This document shows positions 10,605 to 24,911 of a DNA stretch of 64,000 bases, in pieces. Both the position numbers and the translations under genes were made by a program. The notes under the pieces were generated by a model. That model saw only the letters and a list, made by a program, of their open reading frames with translations, did no database searches and was not told the DNA's origin. The DNA comes from Okamejei kenojei (lineage: Eukaryota), in assembly GCA_035221665.1 (NCBI GenBank), contig CM069137.1, positions 43,896,001-43,960,000 on the forward strand. Direction: 5' to 3'. Position 1 is the stretch's first letter. Each line of letters opens with the position of its first letter.

Positions 10605-13299
10605 GTAAGAAATTCTAGGTTCCTTGTTAAGGATTGTTAAAGACTTACTCTGCACACTGAGATGCTTTTGCAATGGACATTTCATCAGAATAGGCACTTC
10701 ACAGATGTAATAAAGATAAGAGCACAAAGTGATAGTGGAGAAGAGATCCCCCTTGTGCTTGAGATTAAAATGGGCATTACAATTTAGTGACCGTCCTAAA
10801 CAGGTAAAATAAATTAGAATAACCAAAAATCTAATTCATGATATTGCAATTAGGTTGAAGTTTACTTTTACTACAATTATCAATTTCAGCAGACTCCAGG
10901 ATTGAGGTTTTTCACAGGATTTGTCATTAAGTAAATGTTTTGACCTCCCACAACCCCCATCCATCCAAATTGGCCATTACATTATTGCGATGTGTTACTT
11001 GTCTATTAAATATGTAAAAACAATGATGTATAAAGTCATATTGCAAGTAGCATACTTGTTTTACAAATAACATAAGCATATCGTGTAATACTGCAGACTA
11101 TTTCAAGCATTTTTACTGGTATTCATACAGAGTTCATAGGTTGTCAGCTATAAATAGATTCCATACTGCATGCAAATTCTCCTGGGTCTGTCATTAAAAT
11201 AAGTGAGTGAATTATTTGCCACAACAACATTTTGAGTAAGACTGAGTTTCTTTCTCTAAAATAACCATATAATCACACAAAACATTCAATTCAAATATCA
11301 CAGGTGATACAATGCAATTTAACTTCTGGTAAAGAACCTAAATGTACAAGGCCTCATTGTAGCAGTGAGAGGAGACACAGCCTGATAGGTCAAGGTGGGA
11401 GTCGAATGGGATTTGGAATCCTAGATCCTATAATCGACTTCAGAATTTTTATATTGCAGTTTCTAGTTGATGTGGGTGTTTTATGTAATATTGCAGGTAA
11501 TTTCTGTTCAATTATGGTTAAAGATTACGGTTGCTGTAGGGATTTAAACAGTTTATGTGGCCAAGAAAAGATTATTTGGTACAAGTAGATTATCATCCAT
11601 AGTTTTAAAATACCTTGTAAATGAGCACAGTTATTAATCAATGTGGAATTAAAAAGCATATTTAAAAAATTTAGATACATATTTTTAATGTTTCCATGTG
11701 ATTGTGGTGACCCAGGAAGTCGGGACAGAAATACAGTGTCCTCCATAATGTTTGGGACAAAGACCCATCATTTATTTATTTGCCTCTACTACACAATTTG
11801 AGATTTGTAATAGAAAAAAATTGCATGTTGTTAAAGTGCACATTGTCAGATTTTATGCAAGGGTATATTTATACATTTTGGTTTCACTGTGTAGAAATTA
11901 CATGGCCGCCACAACAGCTGTGTTTATACATAGTCCCCCCATTTCAGGGCACCATAATATTTGGGACACATGGCTTCACAGGTGTTTGTAATTGCTCAGG
12001 TTTGTTTAATTGCCTCCTTAATGCAGGTATAAGAGAACTCTCAGCACCTAGTAGTCTTTCCTCCAATCTTTCCATCACTTTTAGAAACTTTTGTTGCTGT
12101 TTATCAACATGAGGACTAAAGTTGTGCCAATGAAAGTTAAAGAAGCCATTATGAGACTGATAAACAAGAATAAAACTGTTTGAGACATCAACCAAACCTT
12201 AGGCTTACCAAAATCAACTGTTTGGAACATCATTAAGAAGAAAGAGAGCATTGGTGAGCTTACTAATCGCAAAGGGACTGGCAGACCCAAGGAAGACCTC
12301 CAAGGCTGATGACCGAAGAATTCTCTTTATAATAAAGAAAAATTTCCGAACACCTCTCTGACAGATCAGAAACACTCTTCAGGGTTCAGGTATGGATTTG
12401 TTATTGACCACTGTCGGCAGAAGACTTCATGAACAGAAATACAGAGGCTACACTGCAAGAAATACAGAGGCTACACTGGTTAGCTGCAAAAATAGGATGG
12501 CCAGGGTACAGTTTGCCAAAAAGTACTTAAAAGAGCAACCACAGTTCTGGAAAAAGGTCCTGTGGACAGATGAGACGAAGATTAACTTATATCAGAGTGA
12601 TGGCAAGAGCAAAGTATGGAGGAGAGATGGAACTGCCCAAGATCCAAAGCATACCACCTCATCTGTGCAACACGGAGGCTGCTGAAGGTACTGGCTCACT
12701 TATCTTCATTGATGATACAACTGCTAATGGTAGTAGTATAATAAATTCTGAAGTGTATAGACACATCCTATCTGCTCAAGTTTAAAGAAATGCCTCAAAA
12801 CGCATTGGCCAGCGTTCATTCTACAGCAAGACAATGGTCCCAAACATACGCTAAAGCAACAAAGGAGATTTTCAGCTAAAAAATGGTCAATTCTAGAGTG
12901 GCCAAGTCAGTCACCCAATCTGAACCCAATTGAGCATGCCTTTTATATGCTGAAGGGAAAACTGAAGGGGACTGGCCCCCAAAACAAGCATAAGCTAAAG
13001 ATGGCTGCAATACAGGCGTGGCAGAGCATCACCAGAGAAGACACCCAGCAACTGGTGATGTCCATGAATCGCAGACTTCCAGCAGTCATTGCATGCAACG
13101 GATATGCAACAAAATACTAAATATGACTACGTTCAGTTACATGACATCGCTGTGGCCCAAACATTATATTGCCCTGAAATGGGGGGGGGGGAGTATGTGT
13201 AAACACTGCTGCAATTCCTACATGGTGAAACCAAAATGCATAAAAAATGGCCTTTATTAAAATCTGACAATGTGCACTTTAACCACATGTTTTTTTTTA

Positions 13300-16200
13300 T
13301 AGACAATAGATTATAGACAATAGGTGCAGGAGTTGGCCATTTGGCCCTTCAAGCCAGCACTGCCATTCAATGTGATCATGGCTGATCATCCACAATCAGT
13401 ACCCCATTCCTGCCTTCTCCCCATATCACCTGACTCCGCTATCTTTAAGAACTCTATCTAACTCTCTCATGAAAACATCCAGAGAATCGGCCTCCACTGC
13501 CTTCTGAGGCAGAGAATTCCACATATTTACAACTCTCTGTGTGAAAAGGTTTTTCCTCATCTCCCTTCTAAGTGGCTTACCCCTTATTCTTAAACTGTGG
13601 CCCCTGGTTCTGGACTCCCCCAACATCGGGAACATGTTTCCTGCCTCTAGCGTGTCAAAACCCTTAATAATCTTATATGTTTCAATAAGATGCCCTCTCA
13701 TCCTTCTAAATTCCAGAGTATACAAGCGCAGCCGCTCCATTTTATCAGCACATGACAGTCCTGCCATCCCGGGAATTAATCTGGTGAACCTACGCTGCAC
13801 TCCCTCAATAGTAAGAAGTTCCTTCCTCAAATTTGGAGACCAAAACTGCACACAAAACTCCACGTGGTCTCATTAGGGCCCTGCAGAAGGACCCCTTTGC
13901 TCCTATACTCAACTCCTCTTATGAAGGCTAACATGCCATTCGCTTTCTTCACTGCCTGCTGTACCTGCATGCTTACTTTCTGTGGATTGTCACCTTGTCG
14001 TGGTGGAGAAGCTTGTGTGATCCTGAGAGCGATGCCGTCTGGAGCTATGCAGTAAACCCGTGGCAGTAAGGTCGAGGGGGAGGTCTCTAACAAAGAGCAA
14101 TCCAACAGAGACCTCAACGATGGAACAGGCGGAGGATGATGGCACACTTTAGTGGAGCGTCACAACGGCTGGGAAAGCGGATGAAGGCTGCAGCAGAAAA
14201 GGGTCTCCGGTCGTCTTAGACTCCATGCCACTGGATCCTGACTCAGATCTGTCAAGAACCGTGTGGTGGCTGTCTGTGCACCAGTCTCCGCACGTTATAC
14301 AAAGTCACGCACAGGCATCCTCCATATAGGGAATCTACCTAACACCCTGGATTAAGTCCTATGGCGATCAGCAAGTGGCGATGGGGGCAGGATTGTGAGA
14401 TCTGGAAGCCCCTAGTCATGAGCTGGCACATCAGGCGGTGGGTGCTAGATTCAGTCGCTGGGCTCTTGGAACAAGGCAGAAGTGCCCTTTGGCAGCTGCA
14501 CCCACGACTGAGCAATCCTCTTTAGGATCCACTCTGCTCCCCCACTTGGGGAAAGGGCTAGAAAAGGTGCCCTAAAAATAACCTGCCTCAAACTTAATTA
14601 CCGACTGGATTACAGCGTCCAGAGGTATCACCACACGCGGTCAGAAACACAGTAATATGAATATGAACTTTGGAGCATGGAATGTGCGCACATTGACGGA
14701 TAGTGCAACCACTAACAGACCAGAGAGGGGAACCGCGATCATCGCAAGAGAACTGAGAAGATGCAGAACTGACATTGCTGCCCTTTCTGAAACCCTACGA
14801 GCAGACGCAGGACAACTGGAGGAGGGGAAGGGTGGCTACACTTTCTTCTGGAACGGAAAAGCTGCCGATGAGCCCAGGATCCATGGTGTTGGGTTTGCCA
14901 TCAGGAACCAGCTCATCAGCCACCTCTCTGAACTTCCTGTGGGAATCAGTGAGCGTCTCATGACCATCCGTCTAGTGCTTGCCAACAACCAGATGGCAAC
15001 AGTTGTGAGTGAGTATGCCCCTACTTTCAACTCTGAAGAGGAAGTAAAAGAGACCTTCTACGCCTGCTTGGACGAGACACTGTCTAAAATCCCCAGGGAG
15101 GATAAGATTATTGTCCTCTGTTACTTCAATGCCTGGATCGGCCGGGACCAACACCTCTGGAAGGGTACCATAGGAAAGGAAGGCATCGGGACCATCAACT
15201 CCAGTGGAGCTCTGCTTCTCAGCAAATGTGTTCAGCATGACCTCATCATCACTAACACCCTCTTTCGCCAGAAAAACAAACTAAAGGTATCTTGGAGACA
15301 CCCACGCTCCAAACAATGGCATCGCATTGACTATGTCATTGTACGAGCCAAGGACGGCTGTGAACATCACAAGGGCAATGATCGATGCAGATGACTGCTG
15401 GACAGATCATCGCCTCATCCGCTCCATGATGTCCATCAAACTCAAGAGGAAGAGGAGGATTCAAACGAAGCAGATCCGGCCAAGGCTGAACCTTGAAAGC
15501 CTGGAGGAAACTGCCACCCAGCAGCCATTTCTGGCTTTTCTTGGGGAAAGCCTCCAACAGGAATACCCTGATGATATTGCAGGGCACTGGAGCTGGCTCC
15601 AATCCACCATCCTTGATATCTGTAAAAACATCCAAGTCCAGAAAACACCAGAACTGGTTTGACAAGAACGACACAGAGATAGAACAGCTCATCTCCATGA
15701 AAAGGAAACCCTTTCGTGCCTGTCAAAAATAATGTAACCTGCAAGGCTAAAAGAGCAGCTCACTCCAGAGCCAAGGCGGACGTCCAGAGCCGGGTGATGG
15801 AGCTTAAGAACTCTTGGTGGACAGATAAGGCTCTGGAAATCCAGAGACTGGCAGACTCGGGTGACACCAGAGGCTTCTTCAGCGTTACTAAGGCCGTCTA
15901 TGGTCCAAGCTACCACGGCTTAACCCTCCTGCGCTCCAAAGACGGACAAGAACTGCTGAAGGACAATGAGTCCATTAACGCCCGATGGAAAGAGCACTTC
16001 CAGGAACTCCTCAACCGTGACAGCACAACTAAACCAGACATTACCCACCGCATCCCCCAGAGTCACTTCAGAGAAGACACGGAAGAACCTCCCACTATGA
16101 CAGAGGTTCAAGATGCCATCAAGCGCCTAAAGAACAACAAGGCCGCCAATCCAGATGGGATCCCAGCTGAGATCTTAAAGGAAGGTAGACATGAGCTTCT

Positions 16201-19200
16201 GTACCACATCCACGCCCTACTCCTCAAGGTCTGGGAAAAAGAAGATATTTTCTCAGAACTCAGGGATGCTCTAATAGTGACCATTTTTAAGAAGGGGGAT
16301 AAGGTTGAATGTGGAAACTACAGGGGCATCTCGCTCCTCTCAACAACAGGCAAAGTCCTAGCTCATGTCCTCGCAAACCGACTTCTACCACTGTCTGCGG
16401 AGGTACTCCCAGAACCACAGTGTGGCTTCCACCCATCCAGAGGTACAGCAGACATGATATTCAGAGCACGCCAACTCCAGGAAAAATGCAGTGAATAAAG
16501 GCAGCCTTTATACATGGCCTTCATAGACCTGACAAAGGCTTTGGAGCATGCTATCAAGGTACGGTTGTCAAGACAAGTACATCAGAATATTGAGGCTTCT
16601 ACATGATGGCATGTCGGTCACAGTGCCCAGCAACTGCGGCTCTGAGTCCGAGCCCTTCACTGTGGAATCAGGGGTCAAACGGATGCATCATCGCACCCGC
16701 CCTGTTTGTCGTCTTCATTGCTGCCATACGTCACCTCATTGGTGAAGAGCTGCCACAGGGGATCCCAATCCTCTACAGAACTGACGGTGGGCTCTTCAAC
16801 CTTAATAGGTTGAAGGCCAAGAGCAAAGTCAGTAACACCGCTATCATGGAGCTTCAGTACGCGGACGACTGCGCCATTGCAGCACACTCTGCAGAAGACC
16901 TCCAGGGCATCCTGAATGCCTTTTGCCAAGGCATACAGGGCCATGGGCCTAGCCTTAAATATCAAGAAGACCCAGGTCCTACATCAACCTCCACCCAACC
17001 AGCCGTCTACCCAGCCCACTATAAAAGTGGACGACACCACTCTTGAAAACATTGACCATTTCCCCTACCTTGGCAGCATTCTTTCCTCAAAAGCTGACAT
17101 CGACTATGAGGTCAACCATCACCTGAGTTGTGCCAGCGGAGCTTACGCCAGACTCAGGAAAAGAGTCTTTGAAGACCGAGACCGAAAGGCCCAAACAAAA
17201 CTGCTGGTCTACAGCGCCGTTGTCCTTTCCACCCTGTTGTATGGAGCCGAGTCATGGATCACCTACAGCAGGCACCTGAGAGCCCTGGAACAATACCATC
17301 AAAGATCCTTACAAAAGATTGGGAGGGCAAATGCACCAACATAAGCGGTTTGGAGGAAGCCAACATGACCAGCATCACCACCACAATAATGCAGCACCAA
17401 CTTCGATGGACTGGCCATGTCATCCGTATGTCCAACACACGTCTCCCAAACAAATCCTGTACTCTCAATTGAAGGAAGGTCAGCGAGCCCCCAGCGGGCC
17501 AAAGAAACGCTTCAAGGACAACATCAAGAACAGACTGAAGAAATTCCACATCACATCGAGCAACTGGGAGCACATTGCACTGGACAAGCGCTCCTGGAGG
17601 AAATCCATGCAGGAAGGAGCTGCATGTCACGAAATGGAACTATACCGTGTCACAGAGACAAAGGGACAGCACCGTAAGGAAGAGAAGGGGGCTCAACAAC
17701 TACCAACCACCGCCAGTCTCCACTGCCCACGTTGCACCAAGGTGTGTGGATCGTGGATCAGCCTCTACAGACATCTGCAGACCCACAAGTAGAGGACCCT
17801 ATGGAGTGGACAATCATACTCGTTTCGAGTGACCGCCGATGATGATGACTTTCAGTGACTGATGAACAAAGACCCCCAGATCCTGTTGAACTTCCCCTTT
17901 TCCCAACTTGACACCATTTAGATATTAATCTGCCTTCCTGTCTTTGCCACCAAAGTGGATAACCTCACATTTATCCACATTAAACTGCATCTGCCATGCA
18001 CCTGCCCACTGTCCAAGTCGCCCTGAATCCTCATAGCATCCTCTTCACAGTTCACACTGCCACCCAGCTTTGTGTCATCTGCAAATTTGCTAATGTTACT
18101 GTTCGTCCCTTCATCTAGATCATTAATGTATATTGTAAACAGCTGCGGTCCCAGCACCGAGGCTTGCAGTACACCACTAGTCACTGCCTGCCATTCTGAA
18201 AGGGACCCGTTAATCCCTACTCTTTGTTTCCTGTCTGCCAACCAATTTTCTATCCATGTCAGCACCCTACCCCCAATACCATGTAATCTAAATTTTGCCC
18301 ACTAATCTCCTATGTGGGATCTTATCAAATGCTTTCTGAAAGTGAAGGTGCACTACATCCACTGGCTCCCCCTTGTCCATTTTCCGAGATACATCGTTAA
18401 AAAATTCCAGAAGACTAGGGGATTTTAGAAGACAATTTCCCCTTCGTAAATCCGTGCTGACTCAGAACGATACTGCGACTGCTATCCAAATATGCCGCAA
18501 TTTCATCTTTTATAATTGACTCCAGCAATGTCTTACTAACAGGTCTATAATTCCCTGTTTTCTCTCTCCCGCATTTCTTAAGAAGTGGGATAACATTAGC
18601 TACCCTCCAATCCACAGGAATCTATAGAACATTGGAAAATGATCACCAATGCGTCCACAATTTCCAGAGCCACCTCCTTAAGTACCCTGGAATGTAGACC
18701 ATCAGGCTCTGGAGATTTATCAGCCTTCAATCCCATCAGTCTACCCAACACTATTTCCTGCCTAATATGCATTTCCTTGAGTTCCTCCGTCACCCTAGTA
18801 CCTCTGACCACTAGTACATCAGGGAGATTGTTTGTGTCCTTAGTGAAGACGGATCCAAAGTACCTGTTCAACTCATCTGCCATTTCCTTGTTCCCCATAA
18901 TAAATTCACTTTTTTCAGTCTTCAAGGGTCCAACTAATTTTTTCCTCTTCACATATCGAAAGAAGCTTTTACTGTCCTCTTATATTCTTGGCTAGCTTAC
19001 CTTCGTGCCTCATCTTTTCTCCCCATATTGCCTTTTTAGTTACCTTCTGTTGCTCTTTAAAAGTTACCTAATCCTCTGGCTTCCCACTTATCTTTGCTAT
19101 GTTATACTTCTTCTCTGTCATTTGTATACTGTCCCTGACTTCCCTTGTCAGCCACGGCTGCCCCTTACTCCACTTGGAATCTTTCTTCCTCTTTGGAATG

Positions 19201-20740
19201 AACTGATCCTTCACCTTATGTATTATTCCCAGAAATACCTGCCATTGCTGTTCCACTGTCATCCCTGCTAGGATATCTTTCCAGTCAACTTTGGCCAGCT
19301 CCTCCCTCATGGTTCCATAGTCCCCTTTGTTCAACTGTAATAGTGACACCTCCGATTTGCCCATCTCCCTCTCAATTTGTAGATTAAAACTTATATTATG
19401 GTCACTACCTCCTAATGCCTCCTTTACCTCAAATTCCCTTATCAAATCCGGTTCATTACACAACGCTAAATCCAGAATTGTTTTCTCTCTGGTAGGCTCC
19501 AGTACAAGCTGCTCTAAGAATCCATCACAGAGGCACTCCACAAACTCCCTTTCTTGGGGTCCAGTACCAACCTGATTTTCCCAGTGTACCTGCATGTTGA
19601 AATCACCCACAGCAATCGTAGCATTACCTTTATGACATGCCAATTTTAACTCTTGATTCAACTTGCACCCTATATATATATCCAGGCTACTGTTTGGGGG
19701 CCTGTAGATAACTCCCATTAGGGTCTGTTTAGCCGTACAATTCCTCATTTCTATCCATTCTGACTACATCTCCTGATTCTATGTCACCCCTCGCAAGGGA
19801 CTGAATTTCATTTCTCACCAACAGAGCTACCCCACCCCATCTGCCCACCTGTCCGTCTTTTCGATAGGACGTATACCCTTGAATACTCAGTTCCCAGCCC
19901 TGGTCCTCTTGCAGTCATGTCTCTGTAATTCCCACAACATCATACTTGCCTTTTAACTGAGCCTCAAGCTCATCCACTTTTCTTTCTTGTACTTCGCGCA
20001 TTCATATACAACGCTTTGATTTTGGTATTCACCTCCCCTCTCACACCCTGACCTTACTCTCTTATCCCTTCTTGAACTTTCCTTCCCATTAATTTGGGAG
20101 TGTTTTGCAGCTTTTCCTGTACTCACTTCCCCTTTAACTCCATCTTTATACTCCCAATTTGTCAATCCCTTTCCCCCCCCACTAGTTAGTTTAAACCCAC
20201 ACGTGTAGCCCTAGCAAACCTGCTTGACAGAACGTCGGTTCCCCTCCAGTTAAGGTGTAACCCATCCCTTTTGTAAAGGTCACCCCTATCCCAGAAGAGA
20301 TCCCAGTGGTCTATAAATGAAATCCTTGCTCCCTGCACCAACCCTGTCATCTTACCCGCCATGTCTTCCCCACGTCTCGTGCTCTCCAACTTTTGGCGTA
20401 GTCTCCTCTCCTCAGCCTCCTTGCCGAAGACGCTTGAGCCAAAGACTTTTCTCACAAAGCACTTCTCCCGACTGGCCGCTCCCCTAGAGCAACTTTGCTT
20501 ATATCGGCTGATAAATTGCCTAACTTGCCAATTTACCAATTTTTGAATTAGATTCCTCAGCTAATCCCCGCTCTCCTTCACCTGCTGCCGTTCCGACCTC
20601 CTTGCAAGATATGTGCTGTAGCTGGTCCTGTCTGGTTTTTAAAATAACCGCTACCGAAAGAAAAAACACTGTAAAACTCCCAAGAGCTTACCTCTCAGCA
20701 AATCCCTGCTCTCCTTCACCTGCTGCCAATCTCCATGAAA
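13300..20740 (-). mobile_element. Near full-length CR1 LINE with internal deletions, interrupted by RTE
   Basis: Microsatellite-like 3' tail at 13300-13322. RT (KFADDTKL, 17918-18265), endonuclease (GVIYRPPN, GDFN, LDL, SDH, 19068-19748), ORF1 esterase remnant (RDGLHLN, 20186-20340). Repeated 5' motif at 20555-20589 and 20692-20727. Confidence 0.9.
13981..17847 (+). mobile_element. Full-length RTE-clade LINE (about 3.9 kb), pseudogenised
   Basis: About 675-nt leader, then a single frameshifted ORF: APE (GAWNVRTL, ALSET, IDYV), RT (NYRGISLL, ELQYADD), C-terminal C2H2 (CPRCTKVC...HLQTH). (GAT)n tail. TSD actttc at 13975-13980 and 17848-17853; the host CR1 rejoins seamlessly. Confidence 0.92.
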
Positions 20741-22714
20741 GGTATTTCTATTACAAATCCCAAATTGTGGATTACAGAGGCAAATAAATAAATGATGGGT
20801 CTTATTATGGAGCGCACTGTATGTGGCATTTAAGATTTTAATTGAAAGGTAAAGTATTGCTATATATTTTAACATTTCACTAATGGACCAATTAGCCTTG
20901 TTTGCAGCTTATTCCAATGGTCGTCACAGCTTAACCGTATCAGAAACATACCACTTACTCACCCACCCTTCTTGCAACTTAGCAAACTCCGACCTGAAAC
21001 ATTGACTGTTATTTCTCACCGCATGGATGTGGCTTGACTAATTCAATAATTCCAGCATTTTCTTTCTGCTTTGGATTTCCGGCAGTTTTTTTGATATTTT
21101 TCTTCTCATACTCCTTTGATATGGTAAAGAAGCCCTGTTTCTTCACTTACACCTAGAGCAGACATGGAATCAAAATCTCTATAAACTGGACCTTAAATCT
21201 GTGTTCCAAATCTTGTAAATAATAGTAGCCATAATGGGGTTTTTTTCAGAAATTTTGCCACATGCAATAATTTAGTCAGAAAAACGCTAAGTGCTTTTCT
21301 ACAACTTATGTTTTTTTTTAAGGTTGCCATCCTGCTGATGCTGGGGCTGTACTATGATAACAGCTTGGCTTAAGATCAATTAAAATCTATTCATGAATTA
21401 TATGAAAGGACACGAGATGTATCCATGTTTTCTGGTGATATAATGTTAGGTGGGAAAGTGGGTTGTGAGACTTAATTAATTAAGTTAATTATTCAAGATG
21501 TTGAAAATCACAAATTGAACAAATGATTTCTTGGTCTTTATTACAAGAACATTGGATCATCAGAGTAAACATAATTGAATGGAATTTTGTTTTTGATTGG
21601 GGGATTTAACAAAATTACCATTAGGAACTGATTACTCTAGCTGTCGAGTCTAGAACTAGGGTGGATAATTTTAGGATAAGGTGTCATAGATTGTTCAGTG
21701 TTATTTTTTTCATACTATGGGTACTTCATGTAAGTAATGCTTTCAAACTTTTCAGTCCCTTCCCTTCAATCGGCAATGCAACTGAGCTTGCAAATGTGTT
21801 AAGAGGTAAAAGTGCTCAGAAAGCCAGAATGGAAACTCAATTGTTTCTCTCAATAAACTAATTCCCTTTCAGAAAGGTAATTTGAACAACATGGTTCCCT
21901 ATATTTAAATATAGTAAATGAGTGTTGCCATTGTTGTGTTGTAATGTAGAAGTTGGTCACGGGGATTGAACTCTTTCAGTGTAGTCTAAACTTAGAATAA
22001 ACATTGTGAATCGGAAGTGGTTGAGACACTTGAAACTAACTTATTACATCATTGCCATCAAAAAGCAGCATGAGAAAAGATACTGAGTGTATCCCACAAA
22101 ATTATCACAAACCCTTCACAAAACGAATTGTGTTGTGCTAAATGTTGGGAGGGATCTGGTTTCCTGAGTAGTATAAACGGAGTACATGTTCAAATGTACT
22201 GAATTGTACATTTCATGTCAACGAACTCGCTTTAGTTTTTCTCAAAATTACTTATAAAGTTAATTGTGTACTGTTATACAGAATTAGGTACAAATTGCTT
22301 GCTTGCAACAATTAAACAAGTATTTCAAATTTCCAGCGGTTTATAGCTGTTCTAGGTCATACCAATTGCTCCTATTTTAATAAAGCTGAAGCAGCAAAAA
22401 TACGTTACATGTCAGCAGAGTTGTCAGAAAGCTTGTGGTTATTAGCAGCAGGATACTTTGAACAGCATGTTTGCAATTGTATATTTGTGTTGTTGCGCTG
22501 AAAGCAACAATAAAATGAGACCATCATGGATTCAAAAGCAGAGAAACCACACTTTCTGAAATCTTTTAACAAACACATTACCAATTATTGGAACCTCTAC
22601 GAAACCCATTAAATGAGGAGGTTGCTTCTTGAGCAAAAATGCAGTCTTTCAAATTGTAGACTAGATAACCATGATACTAAGTACAGTTACTAGGTAAAGT
22701 AGGTGAAGGTCGTT

Positions 22715-23810
22715 TAGAAACATAGAAACATAGAAAATAGGTGCAGGAGGAGCCAGCACCGCCATTCATTGTGATCATGGCTGATCGTCCCCTATCAATA
22801 ACCCGTGCCTGCCTTCTCCCCATATCCCTTCACTAGCCCCTAGAGCTCTATCTAACTCTCTCTTAAATCCATCCAGTGATTTGGCCTCCACTGCCCTCTG
22901 TGGCAGGGAATTCCATAAATTCACAACTCTCTGGGTGAAAACGTTTTTTCTCACCTCAGTCTTAAATTACCTCCCCTTTATTCTAAGACTGTGGCCCCTG
23001 GTTCTGGACTAGCCCAATATTGGGTACATTTTTCCTGCATCTAGCTTGTCCAGTCCTTTAATAATTTTATATGTTTCCATAATATACCCCCTCAATCTTC
23101 TAAACTCCAGTGAATACAAGCCTAGTCTTTTCAATCTTTCCTCATGTGACAGACCCGCCATCCCAGGAATCAATCTCGTGAACCTACGCTGCACTGCCTC
23201 AATCACAAGGATGTCCTTCCTCAAATTAGGAGACCAAAACTGTACACAATACTCGAGATGTGGTCTCACCAGAGCCGTATACAACTGCAGAAGAACCTCT
23301 TTACTCCTATACTGAAATCCTCTTATTATGAAGGCCAACATTCCATTAGCTTTCTTCACTGCCTGCTGCACCTGCACGCCAACTTTCAGTGACCGGTGTA
23401 CAAGGACGCCCAGGTCTCGCTGCACCTCCCCCTTACCTAACCTAACCCCATTGAGATAATAATCTGCCCCCTTGTTTTTGCCGCCAAAGTGGATAACCTC
23501 ACATTTATCTATATTATACTGCATCTGCCCACTCACTCAACCTGTCCAGGTCACCCTGCAACCTCCTAACATCCTCTTCACAGTTCACACAGCCACCCAG
23601 CTTTGTGTCATCTGCAAACTTGCTAGTGTTGCTCCTAATTCCCTCTTCCAAATCATTAATATATATGGTAAACAGTTGCGGCCCCAACACCGAGCCTTGC
23701 TGCCTGCCATTCTGAAAAGGACCCGTTCACTCCTACTCTTTGCTTCCAGTCTGCCAACCAATTTTCTATCCATGTCAACACCCTACCCCCAATACCGTGT
23801 GCTCTAATTA
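22715..23810 (-). mobile_element. CR1 LINE 3' fragment
   Basis: (tagaaaca)n tail on + at 22715. ORF 23009-23536 contains KCEVIHFGGKN, VRPHLEYCVQFWSP. Confidence 0.9.
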
Positions 23811-24039
23811 AAAATCTAAATTAAAATCTGATATAAAGCATCTCTTTTTAGCATTTCTTTGGGATGTGATAAAACCTCTCTCAATTGGCGTTGCCCGCTG
23901 TGGACCTGCACATGACAAAATGTTCTCCACCCTATCCTTGTGCATCTGCCCAAAGCTGAAATCCTGCAACCCTAAAGCCACTCAATACCTTTTGTTGCAC
24001 GCTATGTAAGAGTTTGTCATCCATCCTTTTGTGATCCAT

Positions 24040-24750
24040 ATGGCTTTGTGTGGGTGATATTATGTCTTACAGAATTGATTCAGTTTTTAGAGGAAATGAT
24101 GATGATAAAGATGATTCATGAGAGTAGGGCAGAGAATATTGTCTCCATCGACTTTAGACCTTTGACAAGGTAGTCCATTCATGGTAGGTAGTCCATTCCA
24201 GAAGGTTAAGCACATGGGTTACACAGCGATTTGATAGATTGAATTCAAAATTGGCTTGACCGTAGAAGATGGAACATAGGGGTGGAGGTGTGACTGACTG
24301 GAGGACTGTGACCTGTGCTGTTCTGCAGTGATGAGTGCAGGGACCTCTGTTTTGTAATGTATACAAATAATTCAGACTAAAATGGAGGTGGGCAGATTAG
24401 CATGTTTATGAATTGTGGATAGTAAGGGAGTGTGCCAAAGGATACAGCAGGATAAATCTTATGGAAATGAGATTGGAGAAAATGACCGATACAGTTTAAT
24501 CCGGACAAGTGTGCGGTATTCGGAAGTCAAATGTAACAGAAAAGTTTACAGCATATGGCAGGATCCTTAGGAACATTGATGTACAGAGGGATCTTGGGAG
24601 TGTAAGTCGACAGCACCCAGAAATTGAACATGCATGTTGATAGGATGATAAAGAAGGCATAAGGCATGCTTTACTTCATTAACTGGGGCATTGTGTATAA
24701 AAGTTGGAAAGTCATGTTGCAACTGTACAAATTTTGTTCACATTTGGAGC
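24040..24750 (+). mobile_element. Old degenerate CR1 RT fragment
   Basis: Remnants resembling DF.K.FDKV, gtgcagggacctctgttt, cagagggatcttgggag and gttgcaactgtacaa. Ends about 40 bp upstream of an HDAC4 exon. Confidence 0.65.
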
Positions 24751-24790
24751 ATAAGTTTTAGATAACTCTGTTTCTGTGTATGTTTCCTAG

Positions 24791-24911
24791 GTGCAGTAGC
24801 AAGCACAGAAGTGAAATTAAGACTTCAGGAGTTTGTCCTCAATAAAAAGAAAGCTGCAGCGCATAGGGCAATAAATCATTCCATTCCAAATGACCCAAGA
24901 TATTGGTACGG
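24791..24911 (+). CDS. HDAC4: HDAC4 coding exon, MEF2-binding helix
   Basis: Acceptor ttcctag|GT and donor TACGG|gtaagt. 121 bp, phase 1 to phase 2. Encodes (S)[39 protein letters not shown](G). Confidence 0.93.

Larger units (their letters stand above)
11734..20819 (+). mobile_element. Tc1-family DNA transposon (family A), defective; right TIR split by a CR1 insertion
   Basis: TA|cagtgtcctccataatgtttgggacaaagac left end. Transposase remnants VLWTDETKINLY, QQDN, PSQSPNLNPIE. Right TIR stops at about 13299 and resumes at about 20745 (tctattacaaat...gcactg|TA). Confidence 0.88.

Noticed and set aside
13990-14120. Canonical hammerhead, twister or HDV ribozyme in the RTE leader
   Set aside because: No CUGANGA/GAAA pair, twister core or convincing HDV pseudoknot could be fitted by eye. 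Kept only as an untyped structured-leader hypothesis.
14657-17792. Active or domesticated RTE, CR1 or Tc1 proteins
   Set aside because: All TE reading frames in the window carry multiple frameshifts, stops or deletions. None is intact.
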